Shown here: positions 40,110-53,340 of the stretch, in pieces
Layout of the letters: the number at the start of each line of letters is the position of its first letter
How positions within the stretch are numbered: the first letter of the stretch is position 1
Assembly (NCBI RefSeq): GCF_001194135.2
Contig: NC_068984.1
Location: forward strand, 27,705,416 to 27,769,415
Reading direction: 5' to 3'
DNA: 64,000 bases
From: Octopus bimaculoides
Lineage: Eukaryota
The notes under the pieces: model-generated
What the model was told of the DNA's origin: nothing
Seen by the model: the letters and a program-made list of their open reading frames with translations, nothing else
The model's database searches: none
Translations under genes and position numbers: made by a program

Positions 40110-40440
40110 TTATATATATATATACATATATACACACGTGCACACATGCACACCATACACGTGCATGCATATATGGACAGTAGGTGAAAGCTAGATAGGC
40201 TTGGTATAGAAAACATGTAGTAGTGATCAAATGAATTTGAACTTCAAATTCTTCATCCATGAATTGGTCCATGGTGTCAAGAGTGGCTATGAGAGAAATC
40301 CTAGGTGAACTAATATGGAGGTAATGAGGTAGTGATGCAGATAAACACAATTAAGCTTGGCCGATATATGCCTCTCTGTGTGTGTGTGTGTGTGTGTGTG
40401 TGTATCTGTCAAGTCTAATTGTGTTCATCTGCATCCCCAC

Positions 40441-40503
<63 letters not shown>

Positions 40504-41317
40504 TANNNNNNNNNNNNNNNNNNNNNNNNNNNNNNNNNNNNNNNNNNNNNNNNNNNNNNNNNNNNNNNNNNNNNNNNNNNNNNNNNNNNNNNNNNNNNNN
40601 NNNNNNNNNNNNNNNNNNNNNNNNNNNNNNNNNNNNNNNNNNNNNNNNNNNNNNNNNNNNNNNNNNNNNNNNNNNNNNNNNNNNNNNNNNNNNNNNNNNN
40701 NNNNNNNNNNNNNNNNNNNNNNNNNNNNNNNNNNNNNNNNNNNNNNNNNNNNNNNNNNNNNNNNNNNNNNNNNNNNNNNNNNNNNNNNNNNNNNNNNNNN
40801 NNNNNNNNNNNNNNNNNNNNNNNNNNNNNNNNNNNNNNNNNNNNNNNNNNNNNNNNNNNNNNNNNNNNNNNNNNNNNNNNNNNNNNNNNNNNNNNNNNNN
40901 NNNNNNNNNNNNNNNNNNNNNNNNNNNNNNNNNNNNNNNNNNNNNNNNNNNNNNNNNNNNNNNNNNNNNNNNNNNNNNNNNNNNNNNNNNNNNNNNNNNN
41001 NNNNNNNNNNNNNNNNNNNNNNNNNNNNNNNNNNNNNNNNNNNNNNNNNNNNNNNNNNNNNNNNNNNNNNNNNNNNNNNNNNNNNNNNNNNNNNNNNNNN
41101 NNNNNNNNNNNNNNNNNNNNNNNNNNNNNNNNNNNNNNNNATATATATATATATAAAGTGTAAACAGAGTTAGCAGTTATAGTAACCAACTAAGGGATAA
41201 AATATCCATATATACTATCAGTATCCATTACCTATTATCTCCAGGCATTGGTGTGCAGGCACAACATACATGTAGAGTGCAGATAACAACAAGATAAACA
41301 AGAGTTTATCAGGAACC

Positions 41318-41520
41318 AATGCAAGTAATTAGAAAATGGAGAAAGCCACAGGTTAACAAACACATCGATTGGACCACATGTATAGCTTATTTTTTAATAC
41401 GAAGCATGACATAACAAAATAGGTTATATCATGCTTTGTATTAAATAATAACCTATACATGTGGTCCAATCGATGTGTTTGTTAACCTGTGGTTTTCTCC
41501 ATTTTCTAATTATTTGCATT
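41318..41520. repeat. 203-bp near-perfect inverted repeat (foldback)
   Basis: 41318-41415 is the reverse complement of 41423-41520 with a few mismatches; 7-nt loop AAAATAG. Confidence 0.95.
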
Positions 41521-41578
41521 ATATATGTATATATATATATATATGTCCAACCCATGCTAGCATGGGAAGCGGACGTTA

Positions 41579-41620
<42 letters not shown>

Positions 41621-42421
41621 AAGGATAAGATCATTCTTTAAAATACCAATCATATCAAGTGGCCAGCATGAGAATAAAAACCTTATTAATTATTATTTGA
41701 ATTATAATTAAGGGTAACTAAGAGATGCCACCATGCTAGAGTGGTTTTAGAATCAAGTTTTACTGCTATCTCTTAGATACTCTTAATTATACTTATATAT
41801 ATTAATATAAAATAGAACAAGAAAGTAGAAGACACTTGCTCAAGGTGCGACACAATGTGATTGAACCCAGAACAATGTGGTTTGGAAGCAAGCTTCTTAC
41901 CACACAGCCACTCCTACATATATATATATATATATATATATGAATAGGACTATAAGGTGCACTGCAGTGCATATTTATAGATAACTCAATGACTGAAAAA
42001 GATAAATAAATGAATAATATTAATAGTAATAAATATATGAAAATAATAAATATATATAAAAATGATAATAATAAATATATATAAAAACAATAATGATAAA
42101 AAAGAATAGCAAAGTGAGATGATTTGAGGAAATTGTAATAGAAAAAAATGGCTCTCTACAACAAAGTCTATTCTGCATTAGATCAACATTTTGTTAGTTT
42201 GTTAGTATTTTATATTGGAAATTTTCTTGGTGTTTTTTCTAAAACAGTTTTCTTTTTTTATTCAACTGAATGGTTCAAAGATTTCGTAGTGTGTGGTAAA
42301 ACGTTGATACATTCTTTTTATGTGTATTAAATTGATTTATATTTTAATTATTGTTCCTTTCTTTCTTTTCTCATTGTGTGTAGGTGGATGTGTATACATA
42401 TATATGTATGTGCATATGTTT

Positions 42422-42453
<32 letters not shown>

Positions 42454-43079
42454 CATATATACATATACACACACACATACATATTCTTTCCAATGTGGTC
42501 AATTGTTTATTGTTGTTTAATTTATCAATCTGATGATGAAAATTGATGGAAACCAGACATTCTAATTTGTTTATTTATTTATTAGTAAAAAAAAAGGAAA
42601 GTGAGAACCCATTAATGTATGAAATTCTTTCAAACATTAAAAAAGAAAAAAGGAAAATTAAGAAGAAGTTGAGCGAGTACTATCATTGTTCTTCTTGAAT
42701 ATCTCTTGATATACTATTGTGGGAACTAATTTTCTCTGAAATGAAAACATGATTTCAGAATATTGGAGTGTAAAAGAAACATAATAAAATTTGGAGTTTA
42801 TACTTAATGAAGTATAATTAAATAATCTGGCAAGAGGTTCGTGATGTTGTAAAATGATATCAATTGAAGATATATGATATCATCGCTCAACTTTAAAATG
42901 CAAATAAATTATATTGTGAGAGGATATTGACCAACGATGCTATAAATGCAGTGTTTAACAAGTACTGATGGTCTCTCTTGAGAATCTCACATCTAAGCAT
43001 AGCAAAAACAGTGTCCCAAAGACTAGACTTTTTGTTTGGGGATAGAAAATATTTCAGTTTCAAACAGTTGCTGACTCTC

Positions 43080-43400
43080 TAAAAGCAGGTTTCTGCAATG
43101 GAATACTACACCTGCATTTGAGAGAGTACTTCTGACTCCCAAAACACTCCTATATGGCTGCATTGTAAAGAAGATTGGCTAAATTAGTTAAGAACTCCTT
43201 CCCGAACATCCATAGATGTGCTGCTGTCTAACTCTGCTTCTTCTATAGAAACTACAATAGTTTCAGCTACTCAAAGCTAACTAGTTGCAGCCTAAATATA
43301 CTCAACAAACATATCCTTTCTATCATCACCCACTCTGTCTCTTCCCTCAGGTTCTATACTACTGGCCAGATCCAAATTTTTTCTGCCCAGAATATCACCT
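43080..43400 (+). mobile_element. CR1/L2-type LINE 3' remnant
   Basis: KAGF/MEYYTCI and HRCAAV*LCFFYRNYNSFS resemble the pattern in 19200-19720. Confidence 0.55.
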
Positions 43401-44199
43401 TTTTTCATTCACCTCTGACCCATGTTTTTCTCATTTCATCCTGCTTATATTCCTGACAGGCTTTGCATCCTTTAGCTTTGCAGTTTCAAATTTTAATCAA
43501 ATGTAAAATTCCCATACTGAAAACCAAGTAAAAAATCAATCACAAGAACATTCAGCCATAAAGTATTACCTCAAATATACATGTCTAATCTCTACCAGGT
43601 TATAAAACAGGTGTAAAACAAATTTGAACTCAGAGCAGAAATCTGGAATAACTATCTTCATGTATCAATTACACTACTCTATTGTCTCCACTTTATTTCT
43701 GATATGAAACCTAATAAAAGAAATAAAGAACGACTTCTATGTGAAGTCGAGAGATTTGAGAAGATAACATTCTTTTCTTTTTAAATAAAATCTTGCTTTT
43801 CCTCTTTTTTTTCTTTTTGTTCAGAAACATGTTCTTCAGCATCACTTTCATTGGTACAACCAAATGAAATTAACTAAAACAGTTGTGGAAGTATAGAGAT
43901 TATTTTTAATTGTGCAGATATGGCTGTGTGATTAGGAACTTCACTTCCTATCCATGAGATTCCTGGTTTGATCCCACTGCACAGCATATAGGTTAACTAT
44001 AGAATTTTGGTTGACTCAAGTTATATAAGAGTATCATCATCATCATCATCGTCATCATCATCAACACCACCAAAATCAACATCATTATTTTAGATCTACT
44101 GTTCAAGCTGGCATATGCTGGGTAGATCATAAAATTCTGAATCAGTTGGTATTTAGAGTTAATACTCTCCTTCAGTGTTCAGAGGATCTGTTTTGCATA

Positions 44200-44680
44200 T
44201 ACAGGGTGCATAAGATATTTGAGGACAGATTTATATTTATAAAAAAACAGATATATAATAACAGATAATAACTTTATTTATCAAAAAATATATATGAGGA
44301 TCAAAATAAACCTTCTTTTCAATAAAACCATCTTCAACTTCATCACCTGCTTCTATACGAGATCTAAATCCTCTACATGCTCCAATCAAGTGGTCCTGGT
44401 TCATCTTGGACATTACTCTGACTATGGCAGCTTTCAAAGAATCTTTGGTGTTATGGGCATGTTCATTCTTAACAACGCTCCACATGTAATAATCCAATAG
44501 ATTGAGATCTGGAGAATTAGGAGGCCAAATGTTAGGGGTTATGTGATCATGAAAATTCTCAGCCATCCATTCCTGTGTTACTAGAGCCATGTGTGATAGT
44601 GCAGAGTCTTACTGAAATACATGGCCTTCCATTGCATACACTGTCTATCCAGGGCTTAACAATTATTTCTAGGACCTCAA
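44200..44680 (-). mobile_element. Tc1/mariner DD37D (maT-like) transposase 3' fragment with TIR
   Basis: TQEWMAENFHDHITPNIWPPNSPDLNLLDYYMWSVV...ACRGFRSRIEA; terminal TA-CAGGGTG at 44200. Confidence 0.85.
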
Positions 44681-44859
44681 TGTGGAAAGAATTAAGGAGG
44701 CAACGCATGTCCTTCATTGCTGACAACCCTTAAAACCATGACAGTTGCAAGAAATTTTGTATGCATAACACTTGGAACTTCAGAAGGGTTTGCACATAAC
44801 CATCTGAAAATTATCTGCATTGCCCCCGCCCCTCATAGTTCAATTCCCAAATCCACTGT

Positions 44860-45240
44860 AGGTAACATGGAAAAGTATCCAGTCCATGCTGTGAAGTGGT
44901 TGGCATTAGAAAGGGCATCCACCCACAGAAACCATGCCAAAACAGACATTGGGGCACAATGCAGTCTCTGAACACATCAGATCCTGTCAAACTGTCCAAC
45001 ACATGCTAGCATGGAACACAGACATTAAGTGGTGGTGAGATTTATAATTCTGGGCATGCAATGTATGTATGCACAAATGACAAAGTTTAAATGTATTGAA
45101 AGAAAAAAAAAACAGGACATAAAAGGAATTAGATGTAGTGTACAAGAAAGGAAACTGCGCTGTTATGAACATGTGATGTGTAGGGAAACCTAAGAAGACG
45201 TGAGATGATGTCAGATGAGATGAACAAAGGACTGAGATTA
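44860..45240 (+). mobile_element. RTE 3' fragments (UTR-like piece plus RT C-terminal piece)
   Basis: TGGCATTAGAAAGGGCATCC..CATGCTAGCATGGAA; LRCYEHVM and GKPKKT* correspond to RLRWYGHV and GRPRKTW. Confidence 0.65.
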
Positions 45241-45989
45241 TCAGCAATATGCAGTTGTCAGGAAGACCTGCCCATCCCAGTGAAATTGAGATTTTGGAAG
45301 CACAATATTTGTGTGTGTGTGCATGTGTGTGTGCGTGTGTGTGTATGTATGCATATATGCATGCATAATTATAGCTTTGATTTAAATATAAGTTATATGA
45401 GATAATATAAGGATTGATTCAGGATGGAAAAATACCAATCCCTCTTATTTGAACCTTATTGTTTTTTGCATTCCATTTAACTTCATCACCACAGAGCACC
45501 ATCCGTCACTTTCTCTTTCAAATAAAGGTATATTATTTTTCTACCATATATTTGGTTTTATAATACAAGATATCATCATACCTCACACACACACTGTGGC
45601 AACATTAGAAGACTCTTGCCCAAAGTACCACATAGTGGGTCAGAAACCATGCACTCATGAAACAAATTGCTTTACCACACAACAATGCCTTCAGTGTCGT
45701 CTCTCTCTCCCCCCCTCTCTCTCTATATATATATGTACACACACATTTATATGAATATACTTATTTGCATATACACACATATATACAAACACATATTAAA
45801 AGAATAAAAATAACAAGAAAAGATAAGTAATGATCAAAATTATTAGTTTGTTTGATGCTTAGGTGAGAGGAAAAATGAATTATAACATTTTGCAATGTGT
45901 GGTGTGTATGTGTGTGTGCATGTATAAATGTATATACATACAAGCACATATATATATATATATATATAAAACCAGCTCCCTCTCTCCCT

Positions 45990-46029
<40 letters not shown>

Positions 46030-48665
46030 AGCTGGTTTTCCTGTTTCTATTGATGTGAATGAATATCTGCATTCAATATCTAACTGCTAACCTGTCAAAT
46101 TATTGATTCCTTTTAGGGTAGAGGAAATAAGATTTAGTGACATTAACAAAGCATTAGTTGACATCAGTGTAGGAAAATATCTTCTGGTGATAGATCGTGA
46201 TCTCTGGGTAGATGCTTACCTTTTCACATGCTTTGCATTCTGAAACCTCAAAGTATTTACAGCTAGATAAATGAAAGAAAAGCTTAAGAGATACATTTTG
46301 ACTCAATGTCTAAAAGGAATGAATCAAAAATAAATAAAAACAAGACAGATGAGAAAGATTACTGCTTGGTAACATTATTTAATACATTATGCCATTTATA
46401 GAAAATTGCAACATTTCTCATTGCTACATAGATACTGACAATTTAACTAAAAGTCTCTGATCTCTCTTCTTCCTCTATTCATTATTTACTCCTGTTCCTG
46501 TTTGTTGAAGCTAAATCTTTCTTTTATTCATCATGCTTCTCTTATTATTATTCTTTCTTTCATTTTTCTCCCTTTCCTTTTTTCTTATTTCTTGTCTCTT
46601 CTTCTCACTTGAAGATTATATTCTTTTTTTTTTTCATTTTCTTAATTTTTCCTGTTTTAGTTCCTTGCTTTTTACTCTCTTGCTTTCTCTATTCTTTCCT
46701 TTTCCCAATAATTCTCTCACTGCATGTCTTCCTCTTTCTTCTCTCTCCCTCTAAGTGATTTGAGGAACTGATTGGTCATTAAATTCCTTGTCATTCAAAT
46801 TTCCGTGCTAATCAAGTACAATTTGAAGTGCCAAGTAACGTCAGGCATTGATCAACGGCAGACATTCAGTCAACTTAGTTTACTCCCATAAACAACTCAA
46901 TAAATTAGAATGCAATTTGATTGGCTTAGAAATTTGGCTTTTTCCCAAAACAAGAACCAATAATCTCGATGCTCTGACAGTGATTAAAGTCATCTAAGAA
47001 TCCGGGGTAAAGTTCAAATTATATTGAACCTTCCATAGACATTTTCAAAGCTGCTTAACAAGCTGTCCATCTGAGTCTATACAATAGTAGAAACGTGAAG
47101 AAAACAGGTTTTATTTTTTATTTATTTATTTGTTTTTTTTTTTTTTTGGCAATGAATATCTTTTATCACCGAAAGAGAAGCAAGGAGAAAATAGAAAGAA
47201 AATTAATCTAAAATATAGTAAAAAGAGTAGCAACTTTAAATTTCATTACAAAGATACTCCTTATATTTATTTATCATCATCACTATCAACAATAGGAATA
47301 CTGTCACTGCTGCCATTATTAATACTATCACAGTCTTTTACTCACACTGTATTTTTGTTTTTCATTATCACCGTCACCAGCAGCAGCAGCAGCTTCCTCA
47401 CCACAATTGCTATCACTGTCAATACCATGGCAACTTTTTTTTTCCTCCTTTCACTCTACTTTTTCAGCATCTGCTATGGTGAGAATTCTAACTTAATATT
47501 AACACCTTTGTAGTGCACTAGTGTATCATGGCAATACCAAATATCACCTCCACTGGTATCCAGTAGCTATACCATTTTTTTCATGTTGTTTAGTGTCAGG
47601 TCAGTCCTGATGAGTAAACCAACAGTTTTATACTCTTTACACATTGACGTGTTGTAGATGGAGCTCAAAGCATTACTTCTCTTCCAGTTGCTTTTGTTTA
47701 CATTATTTATTCCATATACTAGTTCCCTCTTGCCAGAACACGCTATAGCTTTATTCTGTTCACTATATACATGCTTAGGTGGCTTTCTTACCGAGCATTC
47801 TGTTTATGCTTTACTTAATCAAACTAAAATAATTGTGATTAAATCCTACCCCCTTTTTTCTATATTATCTCCTCTTTAACCATTTCAGAAATTAAATTAG
47901 TTGTTTTCATTCTAATAATCAATAGTGACAAGCTAAATGAAAATTATCCTGGTTATCTTTGTAATAACAACATAAAACATGGAATCAGAAGAGTAACCAT
48001 GGTTTATATGTTTGTTTTACAAAGTATCAGCAACAGTTGTTGCTATGTGATAATAGCTGAAACTATACGGAGTCACAATAATCAGTGCAATATCTGTTTG
48101 AAATAGCCATCTTATTTCAATGAACTGAAAGCAGAAAGTTATATCAATATATTTCACTAATGCAGTCATCATCTCACCAAATCAACTCTGATGCTAATTT
48201 ATTTTGTTTGCAGGTACCAGTTATAGCAGAAAACCTACTCAATACTTTGAACACTACTTATTCCAGTATCTGACACTGCAAGCAATCAGACTTCAAGGCC
48301 TAGGGATACTGTAGATGCACAGCAAGAAATATAGTGTCTTCTTCCCATTATTTTTCCAAGTCATCAGCTAACCTCATATTTCTTCAGTGCTCCCCTCCAT
48401 CCTGGATGTTGATCAGTCACACATTTGCATTCTCAGTATATCTCTTCTGTCAGAAGTTTTTTGTAAAACCCCTTTTTCCACTTCAGAAATGGCATCAGTT
48501 AATTTGAAGAAGAAAACACCACCAAAAACAAAAACATGAGAAACCACAACTATTTGTGAAACCCAACTGGTTGTGGCAAATTAACATAAACTACTCTTAG
48601 ATCTTTTCAGATGTGACTATCATTATTTTCGTGAAGTTGGGGATCTGTTTACTTTCAGAGTGATA

Positions 48666-49183
48666 GGCACAGGAGTGGCTGTGTAGTAAGCAGCTTGCTT
48701 ACCAACCACATGGTTCCGGGTTCAGTCCCACTGTGTGGCACCTTGGGCAAGTGGATTCTATTATAGCCTCAGGCCGACCAAAGCCTTGTGAGTGGATTTG
48801 GTAGACAGAAACTGAAAGAAGCCCGTCGTATATATGTATATGTATATATATATATGTGTGTGTGTGTATCTGTGTTTGTCCCCCCAACATCACTTGACAA
48901 CCGATGCTGGTGTGTTTACGTCCCTGTAACTTAAAGGTTCGACNNNNNNNNNNTATATATATATATGTGTGTGTGTGTATCTGTGTTTGTCCCCCCAACA
49001 TCACTTGACAACCGATGCTGGTGTGTTTACGTCCCTGTAACTTAAAGGTTCGACAAAAGAGACAGATAGAATAAGTACTAGGCTTACAAAGAATAAGTCC
49101 TGGGGTCAATTTACTCGACTAAAGGCGGTGCTTCAGCATGGCTGCAGTCAAATGACTGAAACAAGTAAAAAAGTAAAAGAGTA
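48666..49183 (+). mobile_element. tRNA-derived SINE, family A (complete; internal duplication at a gap)
   Basis: GGCACAGGAGTGGCTGTGTAGTAAG head, GGTTCAGTCCC B-box, AAACAAGTAAAAAAGTAAAAGAG end. Confidence 0.9.
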
Positions 49184-49759
49184 TGTATTGAATGGATAGT
49201 ATATATTTCTACATATATTTATGAAGAAATCTGATTTGTTTTTCATTTTAATTTTTCCCCTATACACATCCACTCAGGTACTCCAGAATTATCTGTTTTT
49301 CTTTCTCTCTAAACTCATATTGTGCCCAACCACAAGGCAGATACTAACCCCTGTACACAGTTCTGCTTCTGTAGAACATCATCTCTCTAGAAATTCTTCT
49401 CTGACCATGGTTTCCCTGCAGCCACTATATCGCATCTATTTAAGAGGAACATTAACTTCATTTTCACTGTCTTGTAAAGGCCATTGGCACAGCCCAATCC
49501 CCTAAAGCTAAACAGTGAAAATAAACTTGTTTCTTTGTTCAATAAGGATCCACTCTTTAAAGAAGACTGATCTACCTGTTGATTTAAAGCAAACCATATA
49601 CAAAAGAATTGTGATCTGAGATAAAAAATTATGCAAATTTATATTTTGCTTTAAAATCCATTCTCCTTGAAGTTTTAAAGCCTCAAGGAGAAAATACCTT
49701 TACATAGTGTTACTGTAGTCATATATATATAAATATATATATATATATGTATATATTCA

Positions 49760-50345
49760 AATTTACCAGTAGGGCATACCTCTGATGACATCAACAGGAT
49801 AGATCATATTTCTTGCTGATGGATATTGCAGGTTCGTAGAGGATGTGTAATTTTTTGCAGTGGCAGAGCTGTCAATTAGGGACGCCAAATGAATATGGTG
49901 GTGCTCTGTCAACAATAGTCCACTTGATACTGGGTATTTCATCTCAAAGGTCACAGGGTCTCCAGAGAAAGCGAAACCTGGGAAGTAGAGTTCTTTCTAT
50001 CTCTGGATCTCAATGAGTGCATGTGCTAGGAGAATCTTCCCTTGAAATCACTGACTGGCGTACCCATATAGTGCCTAGCGATGCCATTGGATGGTGTAAG
50101 GGTGGATCTGTATGCCACAGCCCCTGAGAGGCAAGATCCTTCTAGGGGGCAGGTGGTGGGGTTTTGGCTGTTGCTGGTTGGCATTGGGGTTTGTGCAGGT
50201 GCACTTTTACATCTGTTGACGTGTGAGGTGTTACATGTGATGTTGTCTAAGCAGGAGAAGGTTACCTTGACATTATGTGTGAAATTTTTCACATAATGAG
50301 TAGTGGGCCCCCTGGTGGGTGGGAAGATAACACCCGTCCTTGGGT
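49760..50345 (-). mobile_element. Penelope-like element remnant (linker and GIY-YIG endonuclease)
   Basis: NFTHNVKVTFSCLDN resembles the VKLSYSCxxN linker. TCPLEGSCLSGAVAYRSTL..RHYMG..DFKGRFS*H and IKWTIVDRAPPY..LCHCKKLHI are typical of the PLE endonuclease C-terminus. Confidence 0.88.
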
Positions 50346-50534
50346 TACGTGGAGAAGGAAGGTAACTCTTTGCGAAGTAAATTTCAGAAATTGATTGTCT
50401 CCTTTACATCCATTGGTCATAAAAAATATATTGCTTTTACACATCATATTAAGAAATATAATACCTGTTACCCAATTGTTTCATTGTTTACTATCTTCTG
50501 CACCCGTGTATTTTCTGTATATGTGTATATAACC

Positions 50535-51130
50535 ATGCCTAGAAGGAAAGTGTGAAATTTGTCTACAATATAAAGGTCAGCCAAAAGAATATCTCTGTCC
50601 AGAGAAAGAGAGACACGTGCAGAAAGGGAAGCATACCAAGAAACGAATAGACTGTGCACTACGAAAGCCAGAACATCTCAAGGTGATGAATAGAGGTATG
50701 CACGGCTGACAAGGAATAAGATCTCCACTGCATAACGAAGAGCAGTTGCAACAGCTCAGAGAAGCAACTTCTATGAACCAACTTTCAATTATGATTCAGT
50801 TGTTCATTATGCAGATGACACTAGAGTTTCCATTGGTACAATGACAACTGAGTGCATACATTGCAAAGCAAGGAAGTGGCTTGGAGAGATACCTGCGCTG
50901 TGCTGCAGTGGTGGAAAGGTTAAACTCACTGCAGAGCCATTGAAGAAACTGTTGTCATCAACTGACCAAAATTCCACCACTTCCAAAACACAATTAGGCA
51001 ATACAATGCTGCACTACAGATGACATCATTTGGAACCACATGATATTTAACTGAATCAGGATTCATGCAAATTTTCAAGATCCAAGGTCAGATTTATCAT
51101 CGAATTGACTCTCTACTACTTCTGTCAAAT
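50535..51130 (+). mobile_element. Helitron Rep/helicase 5' remnant
   Basis: FNYDS..VSIGTMTTECIHCKARKWLGEIPALCCSGGKVKL..YNAALQMTSFG..FKIQGQIYHRIDSLL are conserved Helitron N-terminal motifs; several stops. Confidence 0.92.
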
Positions 51131-51428
51131 GAATCACCAAAATCGATCTTTCATTGTTTATAATCTGTACGTGCTTTTTGGTTACGAAATGAGCTACACA
51201 AAACGTGTTTCTGAATTACATGTATTTACTTTATACACATATATGAGTTGAAACTTTCTTTTACCATTTCACTTAACGACTATGTTCCATGCTGGCATGG
51301 GTTAAAGTATTATTAATATAGAAAGTTGGTATCTCAGCTACTAGCAGTTGAGGCCTGTATAATCTCGGTGTTTTAAATTTCATTATTCTCTTCCCTGGCA
51401 ACGCCTGTTATTTCTGCTAGTATGTATG

Positions 51429-51463
<35 letters not shown>

Positions 51464-51469
51464 CTGTGC

Positions 51470-51511
<42 letters not shown>

Positions 51512-51516
51512 GTGCA

Positions 51517-51565
<49 letters not shown>

Positions 51566-51574
51566 CAATATGTG

Positions 51575-51780
51575 ACCGCGTGTGCATCGTTGGCGATTTT
51601 CTTTCTGTCTTCCCGTCTTTGGACTTTTCCTATATTTCTGACTAAGAGCACCGCTTGAAACGTTAAATCCTTTCTTTTCTTTCCTTAGCGTCAAATAACA
51701 CTGTACTTATTCCACGTCCTTGCGTTGTTGTTTTTTCGTGTTTTTTCATGTTTTTTCTTGCTTGTTCATGTTTGAATCGA
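51575..51780 (+). repeat. CpG-retaining short repeat with a degenerate hammerhead-like motif
   Basis: TTT-CTGACTAA-GAGC-ACC-GCTT-GAAAC-GTT-AAA at 51635-51667. Confidence 0.5.
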
Positions 51781-52132
51781 CTATATATATGTACATAGTC
51801 TTGATTGCAACAGAAGAAATGACTACTAGACAAGGTATCTCATTTAAAATTGAGAGTAAGTATTGTCATTTGTTTTACACTGAGAGTAGCATAAACATTA
51901 ATTCTGAAAAAATAGAGCAAGATTTCACCGAAATAATACTATTGGCTATTTACTTCATGTCAGTATTTACACAAATGTATTATAAGACCATCTCTGTATG
52001 GCAATATCATCGAATCGAAATAGTTACAANNNNNNNNNNNNNNNNNNNNNNNNNNNNNNNNNNNNNNNNNNNNNNNNNNNNNNNNNNNNNNNNNNNNNNN
52101 NNNNNNNNNNNNNNNNNNNNNNNNNNNTATAT

Positions 52133-52179
<47 letters not shown>

Positions 52180-52929
52180 GAGAGAAAGAGAAAGAGAGAA
52201 AGAGAGAAAGAGAAAGAGAGAAAGAGAAAAAGAGAAAGAGAGAAACAGATACATGTGTGTGTGTATCTATATAACTATATTTATCTATAGATACATTCAT
52301 ACATATATAGGCATATATATACATATACACAAATATATATATATAGAGATAGATGCACACAGCTTTACATATGAATATATATAATACATATGCATAAATA
52401 TTGATAGATAGATAAACAGATAGATAGATACTTATATATATAGATACTTATAGATAGACAGATAGATACTTATATATATAGATACTTATATATATCAATG
52501 TTTGTTTTTATGTTAAGTTACATTAAAAACTAAACTATTTTACATTAAACTGAAAGATTACTCAATATTTTTTGTAGAGTACAAATTTACTTTTAACAAG
52601 AGTAGTATTAACAGTGACTTCAAAGAATGTGTGTGTGTTGCCTATATGCTTGTATAGCTATTTAACATAAACTTTGTATAGTAAGAGTTAAACATACATA
52701 CAGACAGAATATCTGAATTTCATGGTAATATGTACATTTAGAGCAAAATGTTCAGTTTCTATAAATTTTATCTCACCATTCAATAAGGCTACTAAATCAA
52801 ATAAATTAAAATTGATTGGCAAAAAACAAACAACAAACAAAAACAAATAGATGGTTTTAATACTTATCATAAATCACCATGTTTTTGTTTGGCTTTTAAA
52901 TCAAATGACACTGATAAGGACAATGGAAA

Positions 52930-53340
52930 TATATGAATATGAGGAATTTGAAGAATATAATGATAATAATGAAGGCAACAATGATGATGAGGCTGACACT
53001 GGGGCCAGCACCAATGTTTACAGAGATAATGGTGGTAGTGGTGGTGTGTGTGGTTGGTGGTGGCGACAATGGCAGCAGTGGTTGTGGTGGTGGTGTTGAT
53101 AGTGGTGATGACAATGAGTTGGTGGTGGTTGTGGGGTGGGTGGGGATGATGATGATAATGACTGCTAACAATGATGACGATGATGACTATGAGAATGATG
53201 ACGCTGATGGCAATGAAAAAGTAGAGAACAATAATAATGAATATAGTAATGGGGAAAGAGGAGGTAAAGAATGATTAATATATTAATAATGATGATGATA
53301 AGGATAATGATGGTGATGATGATGACGGTGGTTGGTCATG
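52930..53340. repeat. (GAT)n/(GGT)n/(AAT)n low-complexity tract
   Basis: Directly visible. Confidence 0.9.

Noticed and set aside
46750-47100. Cluster of CCAAT/ATTGG motifs suggesting a promoter
   Set aside because: Such 5-mers are expected by chance in AT-rich DNA and no linked transcript start is evident.
48836-49053. About 100-bp exact direct repeat inside a SINE
   Set aside because: The identical copies flank a short N gap, which is typical of an unmerged contig overlap.
52851-53274. Asp/Asn/Gly-rich ORFs
   Set aside because: Low-complexity trinucleotide tract, open in several frames by composition.
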